Positions 25,929-36,826 are shown, numbered from the stretch's first letter. The stretch is 64,000 nucleotides of DNA from Microcoleus sp. (GCA_042408215.1 JAYFMW010000030.1:384001-448000); one strand, 5' to 3'. The notes: generated from the letters alone by a model not told the origin. A program made the numbers and translations.

Positions 25929-27363
25929 CCAATGGGATGCCCGCAGGTTTGTCAAAACCCTAGCTTATTTCGGCGTCATTCCATGCATTAGCTGGCTGCA
26001 ACAACTCTTCGGAAGCAGCCGCAAAAGTAAAAAAGAACAACCCAAATTGGTACTGGTAGCCGGTGCCACCGGCGGTGTTGGTAAGCGAGTAGTGCAGCGG
26101 CTGCAACAGCGGGGAATAAAAGTAAGAGCCCTCGTTAGAGATACCAAAAGAGCTCAAGAAATTCTCGGTCAAAATGTCGAATTAGTCGAGGCAGATATCA
26201 CTCTACCAGAAACACTTACACCGCTAGTAACAAACGGCGTAGAAGCAGTTATCTGCTGCACGGGCACCAAAGTTCAACCCGTAGAAGGAGACACCCCAAC
26301 CCGCGAAAAATACTATCAAGGCATCAAATTTTATATGCCAGAAGTTGTCGATGTTCCCGAAATAGTCGAATATAAAGGCCTCAATAATTTAGTCAAAGCT
26401 GTTCGCAACCAGCTCATAAAATCCGGCGAAAAAACCATTTTCGACTTCACAAAACCCAGCCAAGATTTAAAAGAAACTTGGGGAGCACTCGACGACATCG
26501 TGATGGGTGGCGTCAGCGAAAGTTCGATTCGACTGACAGACAATACAGCCTTATTCACGGGCAATGTTTCTACTGCCAATTCCGGCGGCTTTGCTTCGGT
26601 TCGCACTCGCAACTTTGACCCGCCCATCGATGTTACAGGATTTAGCGGCATCCAACTGCGCGTTAAAGGCGACGGCCAACGCTACAAGTTTATTATTCGC
26701 AGCGAAGCTAAATGGGACGGAATTGGCTATTGCTATTCTTTTGACACCGTTTACAATATCTGGATTACTGTCACCATTCCCTTAGACAAATTAATTCCCG
26801 TATTTCGCGCCAAAACAGTAAAATCTGGTGCAAAAATAGACACTAGCGGCATTTATTCATTCCAATTAATGCTGAGCAAATTTGAATATGATGGCGCGCT
26901 AAACCCAAAATTTAGACCGGGTATTTTTCAACTACAATTAGAGTCTGTCGCAGCTTGTGACGGCATAGCTTTGCCGCGATTTGTGATGGTGAGTTCAGCC
27001 GGAGTTACTCGCCCTGGCCGCCCCGGAATTAATTTGGAAGAGGAACCGCCCGCAGTCAGAATGAATGAGATGTTGGGGGGAATTTTGACTTGGAAATTGA
27101 AAGGGGAAGATTGCGTGCGATCGAGTCGCATACCTTATACTATTGTCAGACCTTGCGCTTTGACAGAAGAGCCTGGGGGTAAAGCTTTAATGTTCGACCA
27201 AGGAGACAATATTAAAGGTAAAGTCAGTCGGGAAGATATTGCTGAATTGTGCGTGCAAGCTTTGGATCGGCCTCAAGCTTGCAATGTTACTTTTGAGGTG
27301 AAAGAGGGAGAAAGTGGCAGTGTTCCTGGAGACTGGCTGGGTTTATTTTCTGGTGTTAAATAA
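25909..27363 (+). CDS. NAD(P)-binding SDR protein with inserted CIA30 (NDUFAF1-like) domain
   Basis: VAGATGGVG, WGALDDIVMGGVS, GGFASVRT, LRVKGDG, MLSKFEYDG, YTIVRP. Confidence 0.9.
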   Translation: MTEKNTAQWDARRFVKTLAYFGVIPCISWLQQLFGSSRKSKKEQPKLVLVAGATGGVGKRVVQRLQQRGIKVRALVRDTKRAQEILGQNVELVEADITLPETLTPLVTNGVEAVICCTGTKVQPVEGDTPTREKYYQGIKFYMPEVVDVPEIVEYKGLNNLVKAVRNQLIKSGEKTIFDFTKPSQDLKETWGALDDIVMGGVSESSIRLTDNTALFTGNVSTANSGGFASVRTRNFDPPIDVTGFSGIQLRVKGDGQRYKFIIRSEAKWDGIGYCYSFDTVYNIWITVTIPLDKLIPVFRAKTVKSGAKIDTSGIYSFQLMLSKFEYDGALNPKFRPGIFQLQLESVAACDGIALPRFVMVSSAGVTRPGRPGINLEEEPPAVRMNEMLGGILTWKLKGEDCVRSSRIPYTIVRPCALTEEPGGKALMFDQGDNIKGKVSREDIAELCVQALDRPQACNVTFEVKEGESGSVPGDWLGLFSGVK

Positions 27364-27529
27364 CAATTGTTTGTAGGGGTCGAAGTCTAGATCCCCCCTA
27401 ACCCCCCTTAACAAGGGGGGGACAAGAAATTAACTGGTTCCCAGGCACAGCCTGGGAACCAGTAGAATAACTAATAACCAATAACTAATAACCAATAACT
27501 AATAACCAATAACTAATAACTAATAACCA

Positions 27530-28417
27530 ATGCCCATTATGTCTTTGACTTTTTTGCGACGATACTCCACGCCTTATTTGTTTTTGCTTCCGGCTTTATT
27601 TGTTCTGAGTTTGACTGTTTTGTGGCCGGCTTTGCAGGCTTTTTATTTGAGTTTTACCAGTTATGAGTATGACTTAACTCAAGCGCCGCAGTGGGTGGGT
27701 TTGAAGAATTTTGAGAGGTTGGCGGGCGATCGAGTTTTTTGGCAAACTATGAGCAATACGCTGCTATACCTCACCTGCGTTGTGCCTGTCTTGGTTATTT
27801 TGCCTTTGGGAATGGCTATTTTGTGCAACCAAAAACTCAAAGGGATGAACTGGTTTCGAGCAGCATACTACACGCCGGCGGTAATTTCAATGGTGGTGGC
27901 TGGTATTGCTTGGAAGTGGCTGTTTGCAGAAAATGGATTGCTGAATCAGTTGGGGGAATTGTTTGGTTTACCTGCTGTTTCTTGGCTGGCTAATCCGAAG
28001 TTGGCAATCTTTAGCGTGATGGTTGTTACTATCTGGAAAGGGTTGGGTTATTACATGGTGATTTATTTGGCTGGGCTGCAAGCTATTCCGGCTCAACTTT
28101 ACGAAGCGGCTGCTATTGACGGTTCTGATGGTTTTGGGAAGCACTGGGATATTACTTTGCCGCTGATGAAGCCTTATTTAGTTTTGGTAGCGGTAATTTC
28201 GGCGATTTCTGCTACTAAGGTTTTTGAAGAAGTTTATATTATGACTCAAGGCGGGCCTCGCAATAGTTCTAAGACTGTTGTTTATTATGTTTATGAACGG
28301 GCTTTTAAGGATTTGGAAATTGGTTATGCTTGTACGATCGGGCTGGTCTTGTTTTTGCTGATTTTGGGTTTGTCTATTTTGCAAGTTAGCATTCAAGGCT
28401 TAGCTCGAAAGGATTAA
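27530..28417 (+). CDS. Sugar ABC transporter permease (LacF/UgpA-like)
   Basis: EAA loop LYEAAAIDG and multiple TM segments. Confidence 0.9.
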   Translation: MPIMSLTFLRRYSTPYLFLLPALFVLSLTVLWPALQAFYLSFTSYEYDLTQAPQWVGLKNFERLAGDRVFWQTMSNTLLYLTCVVPVLVILPLGMAILCNQKLKGMNWFRAAYYTPAVISMVVAGIAWKWLFAENGLLNQLGELFGLPAVSWLANPKLAIFSVMVVTIWKGLGYYMVIYLAGLQAIPAQLYEAAAIDGSDGFGKHWDITLPLMKPYLVLVAVISAISATKVFEEVYIMTQGGPRNSSKTVVYYVYERAFKDLEIGYACTIGLVLFLLILGLSILQVSIQGLARKD

Positions 28418-28465
28418 GATTTATGACAAATATTAAATTGCGACAGCCTCGCAACCGCTAGCGGG

Positions 28466-28620
28466 GTGGGAATTAGTGAGGAAGTGCGGGGGAGGATATT
28501 TGACCCATTTTTTACTAGGAAGTCGATCGGCAAAGGTACGGGAATTGGGCTGTCAATTAGCTGGCATATTGTAGTTGACAAATACGGGGGGATCTGGCGG
28601 TGCGTTTCTATTCCGAAGGG
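28466..28620 (+). pseudogene. Fragment of a histidine-kinase HATPase domain
   Basis: [34 protein letters not shown] (G1/F/G2 boxes) with no upstream domains. Confidence 0.7.
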
Positions 28621-28710
28621 ACTGAATTTGCAATCTTGGGCTGCCAATTCAACAGCAACTTCGAGAAAGTTCAGCCCAAAAATGCGGAAGTTGCTGTTAA
28701 ATAGAAAGAT

Positions 28711-28748
28711 AAAAAGCGATCGCCCTTTTTGACAGGCGATCGCTTTTT
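28711..28748. terminator. HIP1-based hairpin, probable bidirectional terminator
   Basis: AAAAAGCGATCGCC-loop-GGCGATCGCTTTTT between convergent transcription units. Confidence 0.6.
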
Positions 28749-28764
28749 CATGGGCTGGCTAATT

Positions 28765-28971
28765 CTATTCTGGGAAATCAGGAATTACCCATTTTGGGGG
28801 TTCCCGGCGTTTCTTTCTCACCGCTTCCTCTGCTATTTCTAGCATTTTGTCGAGAGAAGTATTTTCAATAAAACTTGACGTTGCCGCCGCATATTCTCGC
28901 TTCGGGCACTTGTCGCCCAAAACGCAACCGTTGACGCAAGCTACAGCACAATCGATAGTGTTCTCCACCAT
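28765..28971 (-). CDS. Small Cys-rich hypothetical protein
   Basis: CAVACVNGCVLGDKCP...TSLDKMLEIAEEA. Confidence 0.7.
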   Translation of the reverse strand: MVENTIDCAVACVNGCVLGDKCPKREYAAATSSFIENTSLDKMLEIAEEAVRKKRREPPKWVIPDFPE

Positions 28972-29133
28972 AACTTTTTTCCTTTCAGGGTTCCAACAAC
29001 TAATAGGTAGGTACTCTGGGTTAATTTGTCAAGAGACTACCCTAGATCTTTATTTTACTTAAAGAGGAGGAAGATGTCGATCGGCTCTGCCAAATTGTTA
29101 TAAAATTGAACCAACCTATCTAATCAGCCCAGC

Positions 29134-29547
29134 ATGAGCAATTTTCTGCGCCGCTTCAAACTTTTACCTTGGCGGGAAATGCTGCAAATTTCCGCCCTCG
29201 TCAACTCCATCGTGGTTGGATTGGAGTTATTTCTAGGGTGGGGTTTCATCCAGTCGCAACTATTCCGCAACGTCTTGAAGCTTCTCTTCGGTTCCTCGCT
29301 GGGGATGTTGATACCTTTCGCTATAGCAGTGGGAATGGGGGCTTTAGCAGTTTACTTTTTAGAGTATTGGCAGCAGCAGTTTTTGCTCAACCGAATTAGT
29401 TTGTGGGTTTTAGTTTTCTGCATACTCCTAGGTTTGCTGTTAAAGTCATTCCTGCCCATACCTCCTTTTTTAGCAAGTTTATCGGAAACTGCACTCATCG
29501 GTGTTGCGGTGGGTGTTTTTTGGAAAGGTCGGCCTTATTGGCGGTAG
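29134..29547 (+). CDS. Hypothetical 4-TM membrane protein
   Basis: Four hydrophobic segments and a C-terminal FWKGRPYWR. Confidence 0.75.
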   Translation: MSNFLRRFKLLPWREMLQISALVNSIVVGLELFLGWGFIQSQLFRNVLKLLFGSSLGMLIPFAIAVGMGALAVYFLEYWQQQFLLNRISLWVLVFCILLGLLLKSFLPIPPFLASLSETALIGVAVGVFWKGRPYWR

Positions 29548-29693
29548 TTATTTGTTATTTGTTATTTGAAAAACTACTAACAACTAATTTTCTCAATTCC
29601 TAGCAGAGAGGGACTAGAAGAATAAAGGGGTAAATTCTGCTAATTTGATCTAAAATGTTTGGCATTGTGTACAGAATTTGTCCCTACTGAATA

Positions 29694-30548
29694 ATGACCA
29701 TCAAAACACGTCAACAAACTAACCTGTTGCTGCTATTATTTCCCGCCACCGCATGGCTGATAATTTTCTTCATTTTCCCAGTGTTAATTGTACTTTTGTA
29801 CAGTTTCTTAGAACGCGGTACTTATGGTGGTATCACTTGGATATTTACACTCAGTAACTACGAGCGTTTGTTCAGCGGACTTTTCTTAGGGGTAATTTGG
29901 CGATCGCTCTGGCTGGCTTTCCTGACAACTGCTGCTTGCTTGTTAGTCGGTTATCCCCTAGCATTTTTCATCGCCACCCGTTCTCCCCGCTGGCGAAATG
30001 CCTTGTTATTGTTAGTAATTATTCCATTTTGGACTAATTTTTTAGTGAGAACCTACGCCTGGATTATCCTGCTGCGTAGCGAAGGAGTCATTAACACAGC
30101 CTTGCAAAGCCTGCAAATTATTAATGAACCATTAAACTTGCTGTTTACACCTTTCGCTGTGGCGATCGGTCTAATTTACGGTTATTTACCTTTCATGGTT
30201 CTGCCCTTATATTCTAGCATAGAACGCTTCAATTTTTCATTAGTAGAAGCCGCTCAAGATTTAGGGGCAAACGACATCCGCACTTTCTGGCGCGTATTTT
30301 TACCTTTGACAACTCGCGGCATTGTTGCAGGCTCAATACTGGTTTTTGTGCCAGCAGTTGGTGCTTTCATTACACCGGATATCTTGGGCGGTTCTAAAAC
30401 AATTATGGTAGGGAATGTGATTCAAAATCAGTTTCTCAAAGCCCGCGATTGGCCTTTTGGTTCGGCGCTTTCTATGCTGTTGACGGTAATAGTATTAATC
30501 CCAGTTTTAATTTATTTTCGCGTGTCTGATGAAACCGAATCAAGGTAA
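29694..30548 (+). CDS. potB: Polyamine ABC transporter permease
   Basis: IPFWTNFLVRTYAW, YLPFMVLPLY, EAAQDLGA. Confidence 0.88.
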   Translation: MTIKTRQQTNLLLLLFPATAWLIIFFIFPVLIVLLYSFLERGTYGGITWIFTLSNYERLFSGLFLGVIWRSLWLAFLTTAACLLVGYPLAFFIATRSPRWRNALLLLVIIPFWTNFLVRTYAWIILLRSEGVINTALQSLQIINEPLNLLFTPFAVAIGLIYGYLPFMVLPLYSSIERFNFSLVEAAQDLGANDIRTFWRVFLPLTTRGIVAGSILVFVPAVGAFITPDILGGSKTIMVGNVIQNQFLKARDWPFGSALSMLLTVIVLIPVLIYFRVSDETESR

Positions 30549-30941
30549 TAAGTGTAAGGTGCGCCCATAAGCACCATACATTTAGGGTAAGATGCACAAA
30601 TATAGCGTTTCTCTGTCTGGTGAGGTACATAAATGATCCCCCTAAATCCCCCTTATTAAGGGGACTTTTCCGGTTCCCCCCTTATTAAGGGGGGTTAGGG
30701 GGGATCGGGCGACTAGGGCGTGTTTTCAAAGTCTATATTTACCTGTCTGTTGCGAAGAAGAACCCCCCCCGGCCCCCCTTAATAAGGGGGGAGAATGAGC
30801 GTCAAAGTCAACCCCTACTCACACCCTACTCCCTTTTTAAGGGGGGTTAGGGGGCTCAGGTGGCTAGGGGGGATCGTTTTTGTACTACCTATAATTGAGA
30901 AACGCTATCACTAATAACTAATAACTAATAACGAATAACCA

Positions 30942-31814
30942 ATGACTAAACTAGATTTACTCGTTCGTGCGATCGGCAAAAGGTGGCTTTGGATACAAGC
31001 TGCACTAGCATTTGCCTTCCTCTACCTGCCAATTCTGATCTTAATTATTTACTCTTTCAACGCCTCTAGATTTAACGCCGTTTGGCGCGGTTTTACCCTC
31101 GATTGGTATCGCAGCTTATTCAGCGATGCCGGCACACTCGGAGTCGGAACAACAGCCTTAATGGCTAGCAGTAGCAGTGCTGGAATCTGGACAGCCCTCA
31201 ACAACAGTTTGCTAATTGCAGCTATTTCTACCCTGCTAGCAACAATTTTCGGTACAACGATCGCCCTAGCCCTAGAACGCTTTCATTTTCCCGGACGCAA
31301 AGCAGTAGAAGCTTTACTATTTTTGCCGATTATTATGCCAGAAATTACGATCGGCATTTCGCTGCTAGTTTTTTTTACCCTAGTATTTCGGATAGTTGAA
31401 AATCTCACTGGTATTCGCCTTAATCTCGGCTTACCAACAGTAATTATTGGTCACGTTGCCTTTAATATTTCCTTTGTTACTATTACTGTCAGGGCGCGTT
31501 TGGCAGAACTCGATCCGACACTAGAACAAGCATCTTTTGACTTGGGCGCTAACGAATGGCGGACTTTTTGGCGGATCACCTTCCCTCTAATTTTGCCTGG
31601 TATTTTCAGCGCCGCACTGCTAGCTTTTACTCTGTCTCTTGACGATTTTGTCGTGACATTCTTTACCACGGGCGTCGGTTCAATGACTTTGCCACTATTT
31701 GTTTATGGCATGATCAAATTTGCTGTGACACCAGCGATTAATGCCATCTCAACTTTGATGTTGTTGGCTTCTTTGTTGCTGGTTGTATCGTCGCTGAGAG
31801 TTCAAAAAACTTGA
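30942..31814 (+). CDS. potC: Polyamine ABC transporter permease
   Basis: FLYLPI..YSFN, LLAFTLSLDDF, PAINAIST. Confidence 0.88.
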   Translation: MTKLDLLVRAIGKRWLWIQAALAFAFLYLPILILIIYSFNASRFNAVWRGFTLDWYRSLFSDAGTLGVGTTALMASSSSAGIWTALNNSLLIAAISTLLATIFGTTIALALERFHFPGRKAVEALLFLPIIMPEITIGISLLVFFTLVFRIVENLTGIRLNLGLPTVIIGHVAFNISFVTITVRARLAELDPTLEQASFDLGANEWRTFWRITFPLILPGIFSAALLAFTLSLDDFVVTFFTTGVGSMTLPLFVYGMIKFAVTPAINAISTLMLLASLLLVVSSLRVQKT

Positions 31815-31893
31815 ATAAGAAGGAACGGAGAAAATAGCAGGGTAAAATAATTGCATTATGTGTCATAATTGTCACGTACAACTAATAAAACTT

Positions 31894-32955
31894 ATGAAAC
31901 GACTGTTGACTTTCCTACTTTTGTTCATGCTCAGTGCAATGCTGCCTTTCGGCTGTAGCCGCACAGGTGGCAACCAGCAGCAAGTGCTCAGCATTTACAA
32001 CTATTCAAGTTATATCGCCCCGGAAGCTATAGCTCAATTTGAGAAAGAGAATAATGTCAAAATTCAATATGATACTTTCGAGAATAGCGATGCACTCTAC
32101 GCCAAACTCAAACAGGGAAATCCTGGTTATGATGTGATATTTCCCGCCGATTACATGGTGAGAATTATGGTATCGGAGAACATACTTGAACCGCTAAATT
32201 TGCCGAACATTCCTAACCAAAAAAACCTCGATTCAAACTTTACCAGCCAAACATTCGATCCAGGTAATAAATATTCCTTGCCCTATCAGTGGGGAACAAT
32301 GGGAATTGGTTACAATTTCAAAGCAACCAAGGGGGAAATTAATAGTTGGGCGGCGATGTTTGACCCGAAATATACTGGAAAAATAGCATGGCAAGATGAT
32401 GCCAGATACACTTTTGCAGCCGTATTGATGTATTTAGGTTTTGATCCAAATACAACTAATCCTGAAGAGATTAACAAAGCGCGAGACTTGTTGATTAAAA
32501 GTAATAATATCATTGCAGCTTTTGTCCCGGACACGGGTCAAGCTCTGCTCGATCAAGGAGAAGTTAATGTGACAATGGAATGGAGTGGCGATCTTTTCCA
32601 AGTTATGAAAGAGAATCCCAATCTCCGCTATGCTATTCCGAAAGAAGGAACTATTGTCTTTTCTGACAACATGGCAATTCCCAAAGGTGCACCTCATAAA
32701 GAGTTGGCTGAGAAATTTATTAACTTTGTTTTGCAGCCAGACGTTGGGGCGAAAATTTCCAATTTTACCCACTATGGTTCGCCGAACAAAGCGGCGATAG
32801 TTCAAGGTTTAATTGACCCGAAAGATTTGACCAATCCTCAAATTTATCCGCCGGCTGAGGTGTTTGGCAAAATGAAATTCTTGCAGGATGTTGGGAAAGC
32901 AACTGCATTGTACGATCGAGCTTGGACGGAAGTTAAAGCAGGCGCTGGGAAATAG
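31894..32955 (+). CDS. potD: Polyamine ABC transporter substrate-binding lipoprotein
   Basis: Lipoprotein-like signal peptide (LPFGC), YDVIFPADYM, PYQWGTMGIGYN, WSGD, IPKEG. Confidence 0.88.
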   Translation: MKRLLTFLLLFMLSAMLPFGCSRTGGNQQQVLSIYNYSSYIAPEAIAQFEKENNVKIQYDTFENSDALYAKLKQGNPGYDVIFPADYMVRIMVSENILEPLNLPNIPNQKNLDSNFTSQTFDPGNKYSLPYQWGTMGIGYNFKATKGEINSWAAMFDPKYTGKIAWQDDARYTFAAVLMYLGFDPNTTNPEEINKARDLLIKSNNIIAAFVPDTGQALLDQGEVNVTMEWSGDLFQVMKENPNLRYAIPKEGTIVFSDNMAIPKGAPHKELAEKFINFVLQPDVGAKISNFTHYGSPNKAAIVQGLIDPKDLTNPQIYPPAEVFGKMKFLQDVGKATALYDRAWTEVKAGAGK

Positions 32956-33069
32956 ATAGAAAACACATAATTTGTAGGGTGCTTCAGCAGAGGGTTATTT
33001 GAGCCATAAACGATCGGCTAATCGCGCTCCGCACCCTACAATTATAGCTCACTCATAACTGTCAACACA

Positions 33070-34158
33070 ATGCACGCAGTAGAAGTCTTAAACGTTTCCA
33101 AATTATTTAAAAGTGCCCGCAGTCAAGATTTTTTGGCTGTAGACAATATCAATCTGCAAATTTACGATCGAGAATTTTTTTCTTTGCTTGGCCCTTCAGG
33201 CTGTGGGAAAACTACAACTTTGCGAATGATTGCGGGCTTTGAAATGCCCACAGTGGGGGAAATTTATATTCACAATCAACCGATGCAAAATCGGATGCCA
33301 TTTCACCGCCCAGTGAATACAGTTTTTCAAAATTATGCTTTGTTTCCGCACATGACAGTAGCACAAAATGTTGCTTTTGGGTTGGAAATGGAGAATTTGC
33401 CCGCACAACAAATTCGCGATCGCGTTTCTCAAACTTTAAAGTTAGTCCAGTTAACGGATGTAGAAAAACGCTATCCGCGCCAACTCTCAGGAGGACAGCA
33501 GCAGCGGGTAGCCCTGGCCAGAGCATTAGTGAAGCAGCCGTCTGTTTTGCTTTTGGATGAACCCCTAGGAGCCCTTGATTTAAAATTGCGAAAGGAGATG
33601 CAATTAGAATTAAAAAAAATGCAGCGACAATTGGGAATTACGTTTATTTATGTAACTCACGATCAAGAAGAAGCATTAACAATGTCGGACAGAATTGCAG
33701 TGATGGAGGGAGGAAAATTGCAACAAGTGGGAACGCCGATCGATATTTATGAATATCCGAAAACGCGGTTTGTTGCTGATTTTATCGGTGATAGCAATTT
33801 CTTAAGCGGGCGAGTAGTGGAAAAGCAAAATGGTAAAGTAGTAGTGTTAGTTGATCGACAGTTGTCTGTGTTAGTGGCGACGGCGGAGGATATGCCGGCG
33901 GGGAAAGTTGTCACCTTGGTGTTGCGGCCAGAAAAAGTGGCTATTTATCCGGCTAATTATGAGGCTGAGTATAGTTGGCCGGGAACTGTTGAAGAGGCAA
34001 TTTATATTGGTACTGACACGCGGTATATTGTGCGATTGACTGCTAAAAGTTCGATCGCAATTCGCCGACAAAATTTGCACAGAGATGACTTGCAGCGGCA
34101 CAGAGTCGGCGACAGCGTTCTTGTCGCTGTGCCGCCGGAAAGTATCTGTATTTTATAG
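33070..34158 (+). CDS. potA: Polyamine ABC transporter ATPase
   Basis: GPSGCGKTT, LSGGQQQRVALAR, LLLDEP, YVTHDQEEA, and a TOBE tail. Confidence 0.9.
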   Translation: MHAVEVLNVSKLFKSARSQDFLAVDNINLQIYDREFFSLLGPSGCGKTTTLRMIAGFEMPTVGEIYIHNQPMQNRMPFHRPVNTVFQNYALFPHMTVAQNVAFGLEMENLPAQQIRDRVSQTLKLVQLTDVEKRYPRQLSGGQQQRVALARALVKQPSVLLLDEPLGALDLKLRKEMQLELKKMQRQLGITFIYVTHDQEEALTMSDRIAVMEGGKLQQVGTPIDIYEYPKTRFVADFIGDSNFLSGRVVEKQNGKVVVLVDRQLSVLVATAEDMPAGKVVTLVLRPEKVAIYPANYEAEYSWPGTVEEAIYIGTDTRYIVRLTAKSSIAIRRQNLHRDDLQRHRVGDSVLVAVPPESICIL

Positions 34159-34267
34159 CCGTGATTTCTGGTAAATACCCGACTTCTAAATCAAATTTAT
34201 TCAATGGCAATTCCGAAATTGAGTGATCTCAATTCCGGTAGCATCGGAATTAATATTAGCCGAAATT

Positions 34268-34408
34268 AGGAGACGGCAGTGCCGTGTCCCTACAATATTA
34301 TTTTGGGGTAGGGACACGGCATTGCCGTCTCCTCTATTATTCCGGTGCAACCGGATTTGATATGAGGTACATAGTTCTTGTAGGGACACGGCAGTGCCGT
34401 GTCCCTAG
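34268..34408. repeat. Cluster of GTAGGGACACGGCA.TGCCGTGTCCCT REP-like palindromes
   Basis: Three copies visible. Confidence 0.8.
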
Positions 34409-34475
34409 GGCGATATTGATAGTACCTATAAACCTGCAATTTTCTGATAACTGGGAACGAGCAAAACCAGTAATT

Positions 34476-36536
34476 TTAAGGTGAGGGAATTTCCGCCGAG
34501 GGAGAAGGAGTTTCCGCAGTCGGCGATGGCGACGACTGCGGAGTTTCCGCAGTCGGCGATGGGCTCTGCTGTGGAGTTGGGGCGAGACTTTCAGGCGGTG
34601 GCGGAAGTGGCTCCGGTACTGGCTCTGGGGTTGGGCGGTTGCGTACCCACAAACCTAAAGCCAGGCCAGCTAACATCAGCCCCAACAGCCCTAACACCGA
34701 TAGTAAAAGCTTTAACCGCTGCTGTTTTTGAGCTGGTTCCTGGGGAGTGTTGGTTTCCGGGTAGAGCAACTGTTTGGAAGATTCTGACATTTGAGACTCT
34801 GGAATGCTGGCTGACATGGGCCCTGACATGGGCAGTGATATCGACGCGGTAGTCGGTGCTGACACAGGTGCTGATACTGATTTTGGGTCAAATAGTACCA
34901 ATCTCTCTGGTGACATTCGACAGTGAGTCGCAACTACAGAGGTGTTGTCGTAACCGTTTTTCTCGTTGGCTAGCTGAATCAAAGACTGAACTGCCGCCTC
35001 TAAAGACATCTCGCCTTTGAGTACCGCAGGGCCGTAACTTGCCCAAGATTGCTCAACCCAGTTGTTGTCGCTCAAACCGTCTGAACACAGGAGCAATAAG
35101 CCTTCGTCTTCGATCATAAATCGCTGAATCGTCGGGTGTAGGAAATCGCCGTCTCGTGTGCCCAAAGCTTGAGTCAGAGCTCCTGCATCGTTTCGGCTTT
35201 GGGCTTCCCAGTACAAACTGTGTCCGAGTCGCACTTCTCTGGATGCTACGTCATCATCGACTGTCAGCCGCTGGCAAGAATTTTCGGAGATCCAATAAGC
35301 GCGGCTGTCTCCGACATTGACTAAATAAAGTTCGTGGCTGTTATTCAGGAGCAAATCCTCGGACATAATTTTTACCTTTTGAGGTAACTGGAGAGCCATC
35401 ACTAAAGTTGTTCCCATCCGCTCTCGTAACTCTTTTCCCTGCTGGTTATTCTGAGCGGAAATCACATTATTCACAACTCTCACAATCTCTTCGAGTTGCT
35501 TAATTACCATTGTCGGTGTCATCAATTCATCTTGTTCAGCGATTTCTGCGAGGAAATTTTGAATCAAAGCTTTCAGAGACTGGACGGCTAGTTGACTTGC
35601 AATTTCTCCCCCTTCGTGGCCTCCAACCCCGTCACAAACTATGGTTAAATAAGGAATTAGTTTGTCGTTACCCGCTGTTTTGCTAGATTTCAAATCGGAT
35701 GGAGTCGGATAGCAACTGTCTTCATTATGGGAGCGTTGAGGGCCGGTATCCGTCAGGCCAAATACATCTAAATCCAAAGGTAATTGAGCTGCTTGTTCTA
35801 ACAGTAACTCGTTGAGTTCGAGGGCGATCGCCTCCAAATTCATGCTGCTGCGGCGCATAAACAGACAAATCTCTCCGAGTCTCGACTGTACCTGGGGCCG
35901 AGCCGATTCCACCAAACCCGACCACACATCTCCCAAATCCCGTAGCGTCGGCTGATAATTGCCCTTGTGTAGTTGCAGCAGCCGCACCCGCGAACCTTCT
36001 ACTCGCAAATTTTCTGGGACTAGCAAACTCGAAGCTACTCCCTGTTCCGACAGTGGTGTCCACAATTGGATCATTTGCCACAACCAGTAAACTTGGCGCA
36101 CGGCGGTTGTGTGAGACCAAGCTTCTAAAATAGAAGGATACAAGCGACCGTAAGTGTCGATCGGCACATTTTCTAACAATAGGGCGATCGCTGTTTCCGC
36201 TGCTTCCCCCAGTGGACAAAAACCGTATACTTCAGGCGTATGCAGCCGTTGGGGGTATAAGTGAAGGTAAGGCGCGATCGCATCCGGCAGTTCTTCTGGG
36301 ACGATCGGAAGCAAATCTGGACGGCTCTCTAGCCAGATTTGGGGCGCAATCACAAAGTAGCGATCGGCGATGACTGTACCCGCCGGTATCTCCTCAACAG
36401 AAGGCTCTACCACCCACAAATATCGATAAATCAACTCGGTTTCGCAAGCTGCACAGTGCTGGCTGCCAAAGGTATTGCGGGGTTCGGGACAGCTAGGATT
36501 CTGGCAATAAATGGGTTGGGAGAAACTGTTGATCAT
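34476..36536 (-). CDS. PP2C-family Ser/Thr phosphatase with N-terminal Cys zinc ribbon, degenerate kinase-like region, TM helix and Pro-rich tail
   Basis: CQNPSC..CAAC, GPQRSHNEDS, VCDGVGGHEGGE, MGTT, NVGDSRAY, CSDGL, GYDNTS. Confidence 0.88.
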   Translation of the reverse strand: MINSFSQPIYCQNPSCPEPRNTFGSQHCAACETELIYRYLWVVEPSVEEIPAGTVIADRYFVIAPQIWLESRPDLLPIVPEELPDAIAPYLHLYPQRLHTPEVYGFCPLGEAAETAIALLLENVPIDTYGRLYPSILEAWSHTTAVRQVYWLWQMIQLWTPLSEQGVASSLLVPENLRVEGSRVRLLQLHKGNYQPTLRDLGDVWSGLVESARPQVQSRLGEICLFMRRSSMNLEAIALELNELLLEQAAQLPLDLDVFGLTDTGPQRSHNEDSCYPTPSDLKSSKTAGNDKLIPYLTIVCDGVGGHEGGEIASQLAVQSLKALIQNFLAEIAEQDELMTPTMVIKQLEEIVRVVNNVISAQNNQQGKELRERMGTTLVMALQLPQKVKIMSEDLLLNNSHELYLVNVGDSRAYWISENSCQRLTVDDDVASREVRLGHSLYWEAQSRNDAGALTQALGTRDGDFLHPTIQRFMIEDEGLLLLCSDGLSDNNWVEQSWASYGPAVLKGEMSLEAAVQSLIQLANEKNGYDNTSVVATHCRMSPERLVLFDPKSVSAPVSAPTTASISLPMSGPMSASIPESQMSESSKQLLYPETNTPQEPAQKQQRLKLLLSVLGLLGLMLAGLALGLWVRNRPTPEPVPEPLPPPPESLAPTPQQSPSPTAETPQSSPSPTAETPSPSAEIPSP

Positions 36537-36826
36537 AGGGATTTTTTGTGTAAAAACATTCTGAAGATCTATAACTCGCTAGCCCAAATTCATGAGGGCG
36601 AGAATAAACTGATTTTAGCCCCTATCACTTTCTTAACTCCTAGAAATTGTCGTTGTCGCCAATGTCGATCGGCTCAAACTGTAATCTAAGTTACTAAAAC
36701 TCTGGTGTTGAGGGCGATCCGCTTCGAGGGCGCAGCGTAGGAACCCTGAGTCCGATCGCGGCGACCTCAAGCTGACACCGATCGCGTGAAAAATCGCGAT
36801 CGGGCAGACTTGTCACAAACCTTTAC

